From NCBI GenBank assembly GCA_002269645.1, contig NIVC01003650.1, forward strand, positions 1 through 64,000: 64,000 nt of DNA, written 5' to 3'. The notes below the pieces were generated by a model. It saw nothing but the letters and a program-made list of their open reading frames with translations. It did no database searches and was not told the origin of the DNA. Position numbers and translations under genes: made by a program. This DNA is from Macrostomum lignano (Eukaryota). Below, piece after piece: positions 23,048 through 34,845 of the stretch. Positions within the stretch are counted from its first letter, which is position 1; the number at the start of each line of letters is the position of its first letter.

Positions 23048-26000
23048 CACGGTGCTTCCCACGTGGCAAAATGACTTAAAAAATTGCCCAAGAAAACGGT
23101 TACTAATGTTGCAAACTAGGGTGCCTCAGCTGTCTAAAACATATTTTAAAAGAATCGTAAGTGCTTGTCTTGTCATGATATAGTAATTTTTATTCTAACG
23201 GCCTTTTCTATTAAGCAGAGCCAACTAAGAGCAATATATATTAAATTAACATTAAGCAGAAAAAATGTAAGAAAAAATTAATGCGAATTTAAACAAAATA
23301 AAGCTGAAATTTAGGCCACAAATTTTTAAGAAATAGTAGAAGAATAAGCAATACTAAATGAAATTCAACAAAGAACAAGTTAAGTTCGTACAGTAAAGAC
23401 AAAAGGAATTTGAAACTAAGCTACAAGTAAATTGTCAAATGTGAAAGCTGTTGTATGCAATGACAGCTGAGAGCAACGCGTCTGGGAATTTGCTGTGCTG
23501 CGTGGGCACAGCAAATCTCTGCCAAGTTTGAGCGAAATCGCGGTGCACGCTCTCAAAGGATTGTTCGCTAAACAGGCCGAGTGCGCTACCAGTGGCGCTA
23601 CAGAAGGTTCCTACGTGGTGCAGCAGCACGTGCACTTTCGGGAAAATTGGCAGACCAAGCAGCTCAAATGCAGTCTTGAACTGCAAAATGTGCTGCTGGA
23701 AATCTGCATGCAGCTGGGAACCGAAGCAGCTACTGACGACGGAATCTAAACGCATCAAACAAGAACCGTAGGGCTTCAGGTTCTGCGGCAGATACTCATG
23801 AAGCTCTGCAGATTTGCGAAGCAGAGTGCGGCAGGCGTTTCCCTCCATGCTGCCGCCACGGTATCCAACGCGCACAATGCTGCGGTCATGGGCCCACTGA
23901 TACGCGCAGTCGTTGCCCCACGCCGAGTTCAATGCGTCGAAGATGCGATTCGTGATGCCAAGCATCAGATGCAGCTCCGGTGGAGGCAGAACGAACAGAA
24001 TCTCGGCTTCATCGTCTGCCTGAAGCAGAGGGGCCTCAACGCAGTTGTAGAAATCCTTTGCACTGCTTCTCTCTTTGCCGCTGCTGGCGAAGTCCACGGC
24101 CATCTGTCGTATTCTTCCAACAGTTCTCATCGGGCCACAGGTGTTCAGTGGCACAGGAGCCTCGCAATAGCAGCATGGATGCCTGGATGCATGTGACTGG
24201 AGGCCACAGATGAGGTTCGCAACCTTCATGTCAGCTGCTACTGCATTCACCGTTACTCCTCCAAGGCTCAAATGCTGAAAGAGAACTTTGATGCTATTGT
24301 AGCACTCGCTCATGTCTGGCACAGCTGCTAGCAGCAACAGCTTTTTTACTCCAGAATCGGCAAACAGCTGGTCCTTTGTCGACTGACTTTCTTGGCTATC
24401 ACCTCGATGCAGCAGGCTGGCACAAATTTTAAAAAATCCACCGCCTCCGTCAAGACCAAGCTTTACGTCGACATCCGTGTAGCCCCTCTCAGAAGCGACC
24501 TTCTCAATCAGGCCTTGCACATCACTGCAGATCACGGCGTTTTTTGCGGTAGCCACTTTGCTGTCGACTTCAAGCAGCTTGCTCACAAAAAAGTCTTTCA
24601 GATGCCGGCTTCTGGCAGTGAGGCTTGCACCCAAGTTCGACTGCACAGCCTTCCCTGAGCCGGCTCCTTTTCGCAAAATGCTGGCCGCTTGCAGAGTTTG
24701 CCGGTTGCTGAGATTTAATGCAACTTTCAGCCGAAGCATCGTGTTAGCTGTTGTTGGAGCCAGCTGTCGTGTGCTGCAGGCTGTGTTGGCCACAGTGACA
24801 GCTAGAGGTCTGCCTCCTTGCGCTCTTTTCAGTGCAACGGTGCTTGCCCCGGTGGCCTGCAGCTTGGCAGCAACTGTAGTGCTAGCGACTTGCTCTGCTG
24901 TTCCAGGGCTGATCAAGCTGCTCAGATTTGCTAGCCGGGTTGCTTTGTTGCAGCGATGCGGCTTGCCCTTGCCGATGGGCGAGTGGCAGCCAGAGCAGAG
25001 CCGCAAAGGAGCCTGGGCTGCATCTGCACTAGTTGAAGGACGGCCTCTGGCGCAGTTAAGTGTACCAGTTGCATAGGTGCTGTGTGGATCTGCATTTTTG
25101 CGCAGGTTGCTGCGGGCAATCTTGCAGATCTCGCATGGGCAGTTTGGTTGCGATCTTCGACTCACAGGAATGCTGCTCAGATCTGCTAGCATTTGCTCGT
25201 AGTTGAGTCTGGGCGGCAAAGGCCGAGGTGCTGGGCCTCCAAGCGAAGAAATAATTCGACGGCAGCCCTCGCAGACTCCAACAGGCAGAAGATGCCGCAC
25301 AGACGAATAATTCGGAAGGACGTACTGCTCAACAGTTGTGATGTCATTCAGGCGGCGCTCAGCCTTTCGCAGACAAAGTAGACATACACTCTGCTGGCAC
25401 TGGTCATGGGACTTCAAGCTGTTGGGCATTGCTTAATCAACTATCTTTTCTAGAAGATAGGTCGTAGAGTTTAGCTAGAATTCAGGAGTATGAGCTGATT
25501 TTCTTGACCTTTGTCACACTAACAATATTTAACCCAATGCTTCTCTAACTCACCTTATCAACTCATTTTAAAGCCAATCCAATATACTAAAAATGAAAAT
25601 CAATAAACTGAAAGTAAAATTTATTGATTAGGGCTAAAGCACTATGCAAGAGCACTCATTTAGAACCACTACTAGGATAGACGCAGTTGCACCTGGAGAG
25701 GTGAACATTGCACGAATGTACTCCTGTTCACCCCACCCCTCTGACACTTTTCCAATATAAGCTCTTCATACAATTAGGGGCATATTGCGTGATTTGAGGC
25801 AGTGACTTGAGTTCAACCACTCCCTCACTTTAAAATTATTGATTGTACTTGTCTCATAAATGATTAAACTTGAAGTTCTACACTTTACAATGTATTAAAG
25901 ACACTTGAAATAGTATAAGTGTTTAATTGGCTTTATCATGACAAGACAAGCACTTATGATTCTTTTAAAATATGTTTTAGACAGCTGAGGCACCCTAGTC

Positions 26001-26066
26001 TGCAACATTAGTAACCGTTTTATTGGGCAATTTTTTAAGTCATTTTGCCACGTGGGAAGCACCGTG
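23048..26066 (-). mobile_element. Complete Chapaev-type DNA transposon
   Basis: About 133-bp TIRs starting CACGGTG, 4-bp TSD TTTA and a single intact transposase ORF. CAC termini with 4-bp TSDs are established Chapaev features. Confidence 0.85.
23435..25429 (-). CDS. Chapaev DDE transposase (RAG1/Transib-related fold), 664 aa
   Basis: N-terminal Cys/His cluster (HxxCxxxxCxxC...CxxC...CxCxxC), GLDGGGG, ADMK..GLQSH..HPCCYC, PPELHLMLG, GNACRTLL, PKVHVLLHHV, SEQSFESVH. Confidence 0.85.
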   Translation of the reverse strand: MPNSLKSHDQCQQSVCLLCLRKAERRLNDITTVEQYVLPNYSSVRHLLPVGVCEGCRRIISSLGGPAPRPLPPRLNYEQMLADLSSIPVSRRSQPNCPCEICKIARSNLRKNADPHSTYATGTLNCARGRPSTSADAAQAPLRLCSGCHSPIGKGKPHRCNKATRLANLSSLISPGTAEQVASTTVAAKLQATGASTVALKRAQGGRPLAVTVANTACSTRQLAPTTANTMLRLKVALNLSNRQTLQAASILRKGAGSGKAVQSNLGASLTARSRHLKDFFVSKLLEVDSKVATAKNAVICSDVQGLIEKVASERGYTDVDVKLGLDGGGGFFKICASLLHRGDSQESQSTKDQLFADSGVKKLLLLAAVPDMSECYNSIKVLFQHLSLGGVTVNAVAADMKVANLICGLQSHASRHPCCYCEAPVPLNTCGPMRTVGRIRQMAVDFASSGKERSSAKDFYNCVEAPLLQADDEAEILFVLPPPELHLMLGITNRIFDALNSAWGNDCAYQWAHDRSIVRVGYRGGSMEGNACRTLLRKSAELHEYLPQNLKPYGSCLMRLDSVVSSCFGSQLHADFQQHILQFKTAFELLGLPIFPKVHVLLHHVGTFCSATGSALGLFSEQSFESVHRDFAQTWQRFAVPTQHSKFPDALLSAVIAYNSFHI

Positions 26067-27270
26067 TTTAGTATTTAGCAATTTATTTGAAAGATTTGAA
26101 AATAGTAAAAACTATACATGCGCAACCCCCCTGATTTACACTGGCCATGTGACTTTTTTTAACCAAAAATGCAACTTACCTATGGAAGAAACCCTAAAGC
26201 AAAATTAACACAGTTTTGGGTAAATGGCAGGAGTAAATATGAATGTCTTATTAGGCCTAAATGCCTCAGCATCTAATTAGTACAATGTCCATTCCTTTGG
26301 GGTGGCATTTTTGCAACTTACCCCTGGTCCACAAACAATTTACAGTGGCCAGATTCACCAGGTCAGCTAACAGTTGCGCATGTATAGTAAAAATAAAAAG
26401 ACAGTTTTTGCAAGCAAATTTTTTAGAAAAAAACTGAATACATAATTAGATATACTGTATAGTCATATGGGTATAACAACATATGACAAATATATAAATA
26501 TATAATAATATAAACAAAATTATATATATAGGGCCTAAAATGCTAATAAACTATATGTAAATACTAGATTCAAAAGGACCTTTTGGGTCCTTCAACAGAT
26601 TCATTTTAAGGTTCTCTATTCTAATAAGCTACCATGGAGATAAGCTGAAAATTGTTTATATGGATCTGTATAAATAAAATTAGAATTATTGATACACCTT
26701 ATAGATTTGAATGGTAACAGCTAGCCTATTTCAATAAGCTACTATGGGAATAAACTAATAATTATTTATATAGTAATACAGATCTATGAATAAAATTGGA
26801 ATTATTGGCATGGGACCATAGGGATAAAGCATTTCCTTAAAAATTAAAAGTAGAAATAGGCCTATATGATACATCTTAGTGTAGGCTCTTATACCACCAT
26901 GGATTTTACCAAAGAATTCCTTTAGACTTTCTAATCTTTGTATCTATCTTGGAAAATAGGCCTATTATATTTAAAAGTGTGCATATTTGTTTAAATTACA
27001 TTGTATTGCCATCATTATAAAAATTATAAAGTTTAATTTTTTAAAATAATAGTGAAAAACCTATAAGGATATAAGAGCTGCTACTGCTAGGCTTAATATG
27101 GAAAATTAATTTTGTCTATGCTTGTTTGCTTCCTTTAAACAAGCCTTGGCTTTATATACAAATGATTTGCAAATATTTTATTCTTAGAAAACAAGATCTT
27201 TAATTAGATATTAGAATATAAGAAATCTGGGTTTTTTTGTGCAAATAGTAAGACAAAACTCAATATTATT

Positions 27271-27308
27271 TGCGACGCGTTTCGGCTAAAACTAGCCATC
27301 TTCAGGCA
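27271..27308 (-). ncRNA. Minimal hammerhead ribozyme (canonical copy)
   Basis: tgc-CTGAAGA-t-ggcta(gttt)tagcc-GAAAC-GC-GTC-gca: core boxes, stem II and 3-bp stem I. Confidence 0.75.
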
Positions 27309-27711
27309 CTATCGAACAGAATTTATTTCAACCTATTAAATACTGTGTAGACGACAAAATCACGTATTGAAAAGATATAAAAGGACTAAAGGATCAATGT
27401 ACAGTATAGCAATGTTCATAATATTTTTTGTGGAATGACAGGACAGAGAAAAAAGAGAGAGAGAGAGAGAATGAGGCGTATGCGCCCCAAATGTACTCTA
27501 GCTTAAAACACCAATAGCTGTTCACTTGCACCTCCTCCAGATAGTTGGACATTGAGAGTGGGTTTGTGTAACTTAATGTGCAGAGCTTCAAGAATGTTAA
27601 GTTTATGCTCATTTTTGCTGTTGTCTATGACCTTGAAATGAGAGGTTATGTCTGGCTCATCACAACAACCATGGCATTGCAGCAAATGTTCATGAATCGG
27701 AGAGTTTCTTT

Positions 27712-29184
27712 TTGTCTTTAAATGTGTACAAGAAGATTATGCCGTGTGGGAGTCAACCTGGCCAACTCTATGGCTCGTGCAAGGTCCATAAGGAAGACAA
27801 ACCATTGAGACCCATTGTGTCTATGCTGAACACGGCTGAATATGAGCTGGCTAAATTTCTAGACTCATTTATCAAGCCATGCATCCCTCAGGAATTCAGT
27901 TTGCGGTCCAATAGGGAATTCATAACAGCCATCAGCAATTACACCCCATCTCGCGAAGATCAATTGTATAGCTTCGATGTCACCTCTCTATTTACCAATG
28001 TTCCGCTGAATCTGGCGATCGACATTGCTACCAATTTGGTCTTCAAAGACAACCCAGCGCCACCAATCCCGGAGAAAGTGTTTAAGAAATTGTTGGTTAT
28101 TGCCACGTCTGGGATATTCCAATTCGGCGATAAGTATTTCCAGCAAATTGACGGCTGCGCTATGGGCAGCCCTCTTGCCCCCACTCTTGCTAACGTTTGC
28201 ATGTCACATTGGGAGAAAACCTGGATGGAAAAAAGCTGTGCTCCAAAATTTTACAAACGGTATGTCGATGACACATGCGCTATTTTTGATAACGAGGAAG
28301 ACTTTCTGCAATTTTTCAACACAATAAACGCCACCCATCCTAACATTAAATTCACCGTGGAATATGGTGGAAAGAAACTACCGTTTCTTGACATCGAGAT
28401 CCATCTGAAGGACTGCGCTATTGAGACCAAAGTGTATCGCAAGCCCACATTCACTAAATTGATGCTTAATTTCCAGGCGTTGTGCCCCAGGGAATGGAAG
28501 ACGGGAGTCATTCGTTGTCTGCTTCATCGTGCCTATACAGTATGTTGCTCTTGGTCGTTGCTGCACAACGAGTTTACCAACATTATCAATATTCTCACTG
28601 CCAATGGATACCCTATCAACTACATCATGAAGGTTATTGGTAATTTCTTAGATGAAAAAATTGAAAAAAAGCTTAAACCTAAGCGGCCAGATAGAGAACC
28701 AGGAGAACCAATCTTGACTCTTCCTTTTTTGGGCAACTCTTCGATTGTGTTTAAGAGGCAAATTTGCAAAACTTGCCAAAAATTCTTTAAGACTAAGATT
28801 CATGTAGTGTTCCGTACTCATAAAGTCAGTCAATTTGTTGGGAGTTTAAAGTCTCGTGTTCCATGTGCTCTCAAGGCAGGTGTCATCTATCGTTTTCGTT
28901 GCTCTGTTGACCAGAGCATTACCTACATTGGTAAAACCAAGCAACACCTACGCACGAGAGCCAAGGAACATAGGCAACGAAACTCTCCGATTCATGAACA
29001 TTTGCTGCAATGCCATGGTTGTTGTGATGAGCCAGACATAACCTCTCATTTCAAGGTCATAGACAACAGCAAAAATGAGCATAAACTTAACATTCTTGAA
29101 GCTCTGCACATTAAGTTACACAAACCCACTCTCAATGTCCAACTATCTGGAGGAGGTGCAAGTGAACAGCTATTGGTGTTTTAA
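27712..29184 (+). CDS. Penelope RT + GIY-YIG endonuclease (N-terminally truncated)
   Basis: KVHK...PLRPIVS, FDVTSLFTNVP, GCAMGSPLAP, RYVDD, and GVIY...YIGKT...R..EH. Confidence 0.95.
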   Translation: MSLNVYKKIMPCGSQPGQLYGSCKVHKEDKPLRPIVSMLNTAEYELAKFLDSFIKPCIPQEFSLRSNREFITAISNYTPSREDQLYSFDVTSLFTNVPLNLAIDIATNLVFKDNPAPPIPEKVFKKLLVIATSGIFQFGDKYFQQIDGCAMGSPLAPTLANVCMSHWEKTWMEKSCAPKFYKRYVDDTCAIFDNEEDFLQFFNTINATHPNIKFTVEYGGKKLPFLDIEIHLKDCAIETKVYRKPTFTKLMLNFQALCPREWKTGVIRCLLHRAYTVCCSWSLLHNEFTNIINILTANGYPINYIMKVIGNFLDEKIEKKLKPKRPDREPGEPILTLPFLGNSSIVFKRQICKTCQKFFKTKIHVVFRTHKVSQFVGSLKSRVPCALKAGVIYRFRCSVDQSITYIGKTKQHLRTRAKEHRQRNSPIHEHLLQCHGCCDEPDITSHFKVIDNSKNEHKLNILEALHIKLHKPTLNVQLSGGGASEQLLVF

Positions 29185-29378
29185 GCTAGAGTACATTTGG
29201 GGCGCATACGCCTCATTCTCTCTCTCTCTCTCTTTTTTCTCTGTCCTGTCATTCCACAAAAAATATTATGAACATTGCTATACTGTACATTGATCCTTTA
29301 GTCCTTTTATATCTTTTCAATACGTGATTTTGTCGTCTACACAGTATTTAATAGGTTGAAATAAATTCTGTTCGATAG

Positions 29379-29416
29379 TGCCTGAAGATGGCTAGTTTTA
29401 GCCGAAATGCGTCGCA
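29379..29416 (+). ncRNA. Minimal hammerhead ribozyme (GAAAC changed to GAAAT)
   Basis: Same motif in the 3' pseudo-LTR with one stem III substitution. Confidence 0.65.
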
Positions 29417-30108
29417 AATAATATTGAGTTTTGTCTTACTATTATCTGTTAAGAGTGCTTCTCTACCGCAATTTTGTGCAAATAAGTGCAAATAGCATCC
29501 TGGTCTTAAAAATTGCTCCCTGAAATTTGACTCAGGGTGCAAAAAGCACACCAAAATTTTTTGCAAGGATGTGATGCGGATTTCACAATTTAGTGTTATG
29601 GATCTCTTAAGTCCATAACTTCATATTCTTAGAATTAGCCAGTAATTTTTTGAATCCTTAATTAATATAATTTAAGGAATTGCTATTGAGCTGACAGCTG
29701 AGTGAGCTAAGCTGCTGAGCTGAGGCTAAGGGGAGAATTATAAGGAGATCAAACAATTAAGTTAAGTGTTTGGAATTTGGATCATCATTGGATGGTTTGG
29801 ATGGACAGAAACTTTGAAACACACTATTAGTGTTAGACCAGTTTTTGTCTGCAGCAGTGCAGTGCATCCTGGTCTTGAAAATTGCACCTTGAAATCTAGC
29901 ACAGGGTGCAAAATCGCACCCAAGTTATGGACGAAAAAACCCAATGAGAAATTTACTTTAAAAACCAAAATATCTATCAAAGGGTAAAGATATCTAGACT
30001 TAGAATCTACAAACTCTTCTAAAGGGTAAAAAATCTAATCTATTAAAGTATAAGCTATGACCTTTTGATCCTAGTAATGCCTAGACTGAGAGAAAACCTC
30101 AATATTAG

Positions 30109-30664
30109 CCATAGTTAGGAAGGTGGCCTATATGACAGATTTCTCCGGCATACATTTGCTATGCTATAAGTCTATATGGCCTAGCATATAATGCAATGTA
30201 CAAAAATATGGCTTAGAAACTTGGCATATACACTGATGATGCTGGCATATATTTTTACTTTCCCTAATTACCTGGAATACAATTTTAATCAAACATAATT
30301 TAATTTTAATGTAAAAGTAATAATAGTAAAAAGAAAAAAGAAAGATGTTTCTATTTTTTTAAAACATACAGTTTCAAAATATTGCAAAATTTTTCAACTA
30401 AAATCAATAAATATGGAATACAATAAATAAAGCATTTGTTTTTTTTGTTTTAAACAGCGACTATATAAAATTTTAAAGTAAAGAATATTTTTTCATTTTG
30501 TAAGAAACTGTTGTCAAGTTAAATGACCTCTTTTTAGGAAAAATTTTTTGTCTGAGCAAATGACTTTTGTAGGGAAAATTTTGGCTTATATTTTTTGTGT
30601 ATAATCATCCATCCCTAAAAATCATTCCAGTGTATACTTGCCACCTTCCTGACTAGGCCTATGG
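30109..30664. mobile_element. Old hAT-like MITE related to 21072-21533
   Basis: Left ccatagttaggaaggtggc; right gccaccttcctgacta[ggccta]tgg. Flanks aatattag / aataggag match at 6 of 8. Confidence 0.7.
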
Positions 30665-31235
30665 AATAGGAGAAAGTCATAGTATATAATATAAGATAAT
30701 GTATTGGCATAGACTGCTTCGGCCAATAGTGTATATATAACAATAGTGTAATGATATTTTATTTGATATATATGATCCACATAAAAAGCTTTCATGCATT
30801 ATTATTATTATTATTATTATTATTATACTTCATATAAGAAGGCCTTTTATAAGTGCAGATCTCAAAAGTCAAGACAATATTTTTTACTGACATAATTCGA
30901 AGTTATTAGGCAGGCACTAAAATTAAATAGCTTGGCGAGTGGAACCCGATTAACCTATGTACACAAATGATATGTCATTCTGCTCACAATGACACCAGAA
31001 AGCTGGATTTGATAAAAAAAGTTACAATTAGATTGGATTACTTCCCATTCCACCAACCCCCTTGAACTCAGTCCTAACTTATTGTTAGGCATGTACACTT
31101 CACTGTGCCCTTCACTGTGTACTTTGAGTCAAGCCTGGGCCACTGGCACATAAAAGTGCCGCACTGGACCACTAGGCTGCGCCCCCTCCCTACAAACTAG
31201 CTCCAAAATAATAATAATTCGAAAATCCAATTCAG

Positions 31236-33254
31236 CTCCAGTCAAGTCAGCCGCTGTCGGCAGCACGGCAGTGCACCGATGGTGCCAGTGCCGCTGCCAA
31301 TGGTCCAGGTGTCAGCAGTGGCGATGGCGCGCCATCTTCGTACAGCTACAACGACAAGTTGAACCCTATCGGAGCCGGCAGCTTCAGCAAGGTGTACATA
31401 GGCCAGGGTCCGCATGGTCGAGTAGCAGTGAAGCTGGTTCAATGGTGCAGCAGCGGCGGGGTCAACTATGGCTCATTGCGGGAGTTATCCACGCTGAAAC
31501 GTTTGCAACGCTGCCAGCACCCGAATGTGCTCAAACTATTAGACGTATTTGTGTCCGAGCTCAACCAGACCTTCTGCCAGCACCTTGTATTCGAATTGAT
31601 GGACTGCGACCTGCGCCAGCTGATGCGGGCGCGCGGCGACCGGCCACTGGAAGTGCCATTGGTTGCCTCGCTTGGCCGGCAGTTGCTAAGCGGCTTGGCG
31701 CATCTGCACAGGCACCGGATGCTGCACCGGGATATTAAACCGCAAAATCTATTATTAGATTGGTCGGCTACCGTGTTGAAAATTGCCGACTTCAACTCGT
31801 CACGACTGTGCAGCTGGGAGCGCTGCCTGTCCCGCGTAGCCACCACGCTGGCCTACAGGGCGCCGGAGGCTCTGCTAAGCGCCTCCTACGGCACACCGGC
31901 CGATGTCTGGAGCACAGGTTGCATTTTCTACGAAATGCTTACAGGACTCTGGCCGTTTCCGTGCTGTAAAAAAGGAGAAGCGCCAACTCTGTCCTGCATT
32001 GCCGCCTGCGTAGTGGAGGGCCTGACAGATCCTTTGCTGTAAGTTTCAATGTGTTTGGTGACCTACTGTCCTTTGATAGATCAGCTACTGTCCTTTGATA
32101 GATCATCTACTGTCCTTTGATAGATCAGCTACTGTCCTTTGACAGATCATCTACTGTCCTTTGATAGATCAGCTACTGTCCTTTGACAGATCATCTACTG
32201 TCCTTTGATAGATCAGCTACTGTCCTTTGACAGATCATCTACTGTCCTTTGATAGATCAGCTACTGTCCTTTGACAGATCATCTACTGTCCTTTGATAGA
32301 TCAGCTACTGTCCTTTGGAAGATCATCTACTGTCCTTTGATAGATCAGCTACTGTCCTTTGACAGATCATCTACTGTCCTTTGATAGATCAGCTACTGTC
32401 CTTTGGAAGATCGTCTACTGTCCTTTGGTAGATCGTCTACTGTCCTTTGGTAGATCGTCTACTGTCCTTTGATAGATCAGCTACTGTCCTTTGATAGATC
32501 ATCTACTGCCCTTTGATAGATCAGCTACTGCCCTTTGATAGAGCATCTACTGTTCTTTGGTAGATCATCTACTGCCCTTTGATAGATCAGCTACTGCCCT
32601 TTGATAGAGCATCTACTGTTCTTTGGTAGATCATCTACTGCTTCCCTCTAACAAAGCATTTCTCACTCCCCTCACCCCATCCCCAAAAGCCCCATCGCGG
32701 ACCGCAGCTTCTTTGAGTCGTCGCCGCCCTGGCTAATCATCGAATCCGTCAAACACGCGGCCAACTGTCCGCCTCTGCGCAGCCGCCTGGCCTCCGCGGC
32801 TGCTACCCCGGACGCCCTGCTATCAGAGCCGAACGGACCAATGGACCTTCTGCGCCGGATGCTGTCCTGGCGTCCCACCGACCGCCCGACCGCCGCCGAG
32901 GCCCTCGACTCGTCGGTCTGGCTGGCCTGCGAGCCGCCACCTTCTCCTCATCAAAACTGCTCCGATGATGACAGCGACAACGAGACTACTACTAGCAGTA
33001 GTAGTTGTGCTACGAATAGGAGCAACAGCGATACCGATGAAGAGGACAATGAGGATGACAGCGACAGCGATGAGGCATCCAGCGTGGCATCGGAGAGCAG
33101 CCTGTCGTCTTGGTTGACCTGCTCGGATTCCGACTGTACAACCGATGACTCAGCTAGCGACTGCTGCTGTAACAGCGGCTGCGAGCATAGGGCAGCTGCG
33201 AATGAAGTCGACTATGCCGATTATATTGGGCAGAGGGACTCCGACCTGAAATAA
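31236..33254 (+). CDS. Divergent CDK4/6-like kinase with acidic/Ser-rich tail; exons ~31236..32038 and 32690 (or 32708)..33254
   Basis: GAGSFSKV, VAVK, YGSLRE, HPNVLKLLDV, LVFELMDCDL, HRDIKPQN, DFN, TLAYRAPE, DVWSTGCIF; subdomain XI (DLLRRML..P..R.TAAEAL) is in exon 2. A phase-2 intron fits. No in-frame ATG upstream, so the start is unresolved. Confidence 0.85.
32064..32640. repeat. Intronic 22-bp minisatellite
   Basis: gatagatcagctactgtccttt alternating with gacagatcatctactgtccttt. Confidence 0.95.
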
Positions 33255-33456
33255 CTGCAGTAAAGTATGTGTAGCTGAGATGGAATTCACTGTTTTGCTT
33301 TGTTTACACTTTTGGTCAGGTATTCTCTCTTTCTCTCAATCTCTCATTGCACATTTGTTTGCACTTGCATTTTCTGCTTGATTTCATAATCATAATTCCG
33401 GTATTTTCTATGGATATGTATCAAGTTCTAAACTTTAGGTCAAAATGTATAAGGCT

Positions 33457-33945
33457 GGGCCATAGAATACTGCACATCAGCATCTGGAGTGGAGCTTTGG
33501 CCCTAGAATACTGTAATTCAGCATCCGGAGTGGAGTCTGGGCCATAGAATACTGTAAATCAGCATCTGGCATGGAGTCTGGGCCATAGAATACTATAAAT
33601 CAGCACCTGGAGTGGAGCTTTGGCCATAGAATACTGTAATTCAGCATCTGGCATGGAGTCTGGGCCATAGAATACTATAAATCAGCACCTGGAGTGGAGC
33701 TTTGGCCATAGAATACTGTAATTCAGCATCTGGAGCGGATTCTGGGCCATAGAATACTGTAAATCAGCATCTGGAGTGGAGTCTGGGCAATAGAATACTA
33801 TAAATCAGCATCTGGAGTGGAGTCTGGGCAATAGAATACTATAAATCAGCATCTGGAGCGGATTCTGGGCAATAGAATACTATAAATCAGCATCTGGAGT
33901 GGAGTCGGGGCAATAGAATACTATAAATCAGCATCTGGAGTGGAG
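33457..33945. repeat. ~41-bp minisatellite
   Basis: ggccatagaatactataaatcagcatctggagtggagtctg variants. Confidence 0.95.
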
Positions 33946-34845
33946 TTAGTATCCGAAATCAAATAAAAAGATTCTCTTACTATAAAGGTTAGCTTCATTA
34001 TGAAATCCAACCAGAAAGTCCTATATTGTATTATTGTACATAGACACTCTACGAATTACTTTATATATACATCTATAAATCCTCGGTGTTTGTTCCACTT
34101 AACAGGAAGCGGTGTTTCAATTGATATACTAGTTTATATTACCTATTCTAATTGTCTTTCGTTCGGTTATATCAAAGCTTATTTAAATAATTTTAGCAGT
34201 TATAAACTTAAAGTGGTGGTGTATAATAAATTTCGTTACAAATTGGCTTCACTGACCCAAATGCATTAAAAAGTACTAGCATTTAAGTTATTGACTACTA
34301 TGAAAAGTCCTTAGTAGTATTAAAGCATTTTACTGACTAAGTCAACTTTAAGTCATCGATACTTTAATAATTTATTTGTTCTTTCTTTAAAAACAATTTT
34401 AACCTACATCGATGGTGCTAAAAGCTATTTTCAGCCGCGCGTATAGCTTTTCAACGCGATAAAACTTTTTTTACTACTCACACTATAGTAGTAGGGCTCC
34501 TTGATATGTTTTTGTTGTGTGTCAATTTATTTATTCCTCGGCGTGTACATAGCCAGTTTTTATAATAAGCTGTGGGACACCCCTGCTTGCTTTCAGTAAT
34601 TTATTACATGTCTGTTTGATCTTGTGTTGCTTTGTGCGTCACCTGTGTCCTGACTCTTTTTAAAAACAGACATTTTTCCAAGCGTTATGCAGTTAATAAA
34701 TCAGTTGAGTTAATATGGCCACTCCTGACGGGGCTTCAAAACTATTGTTGCACTTGATAATAAATTAAAATGAGCAAATAATCCGTCACCGTGTTCCCAG
34801 ATTTATTACTTTTCAAATACTTGGCGCATTGGTTCTAAAGAATGG

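Larger units (their letters stand above)
27244..29443 (+). mobile_element. 5'-truncated Penelope-like retroelement with an inverted 5' pseudo-LTR
   Basis: 27244-27708 is a near-identical reverse complement of 28979-29443, bracketing an RT plus GIY-YIG ORF. Confidence 0.95.

Noticed and set aside
23048-26066. ProtoRAG / RAG1-RAG2 transposon
   Set aside because: No room or ORF for a RAG2-like gene, symmetric TIRs, a 4-bp rather than 5-bp TSD, and Chapaev-type motifs.
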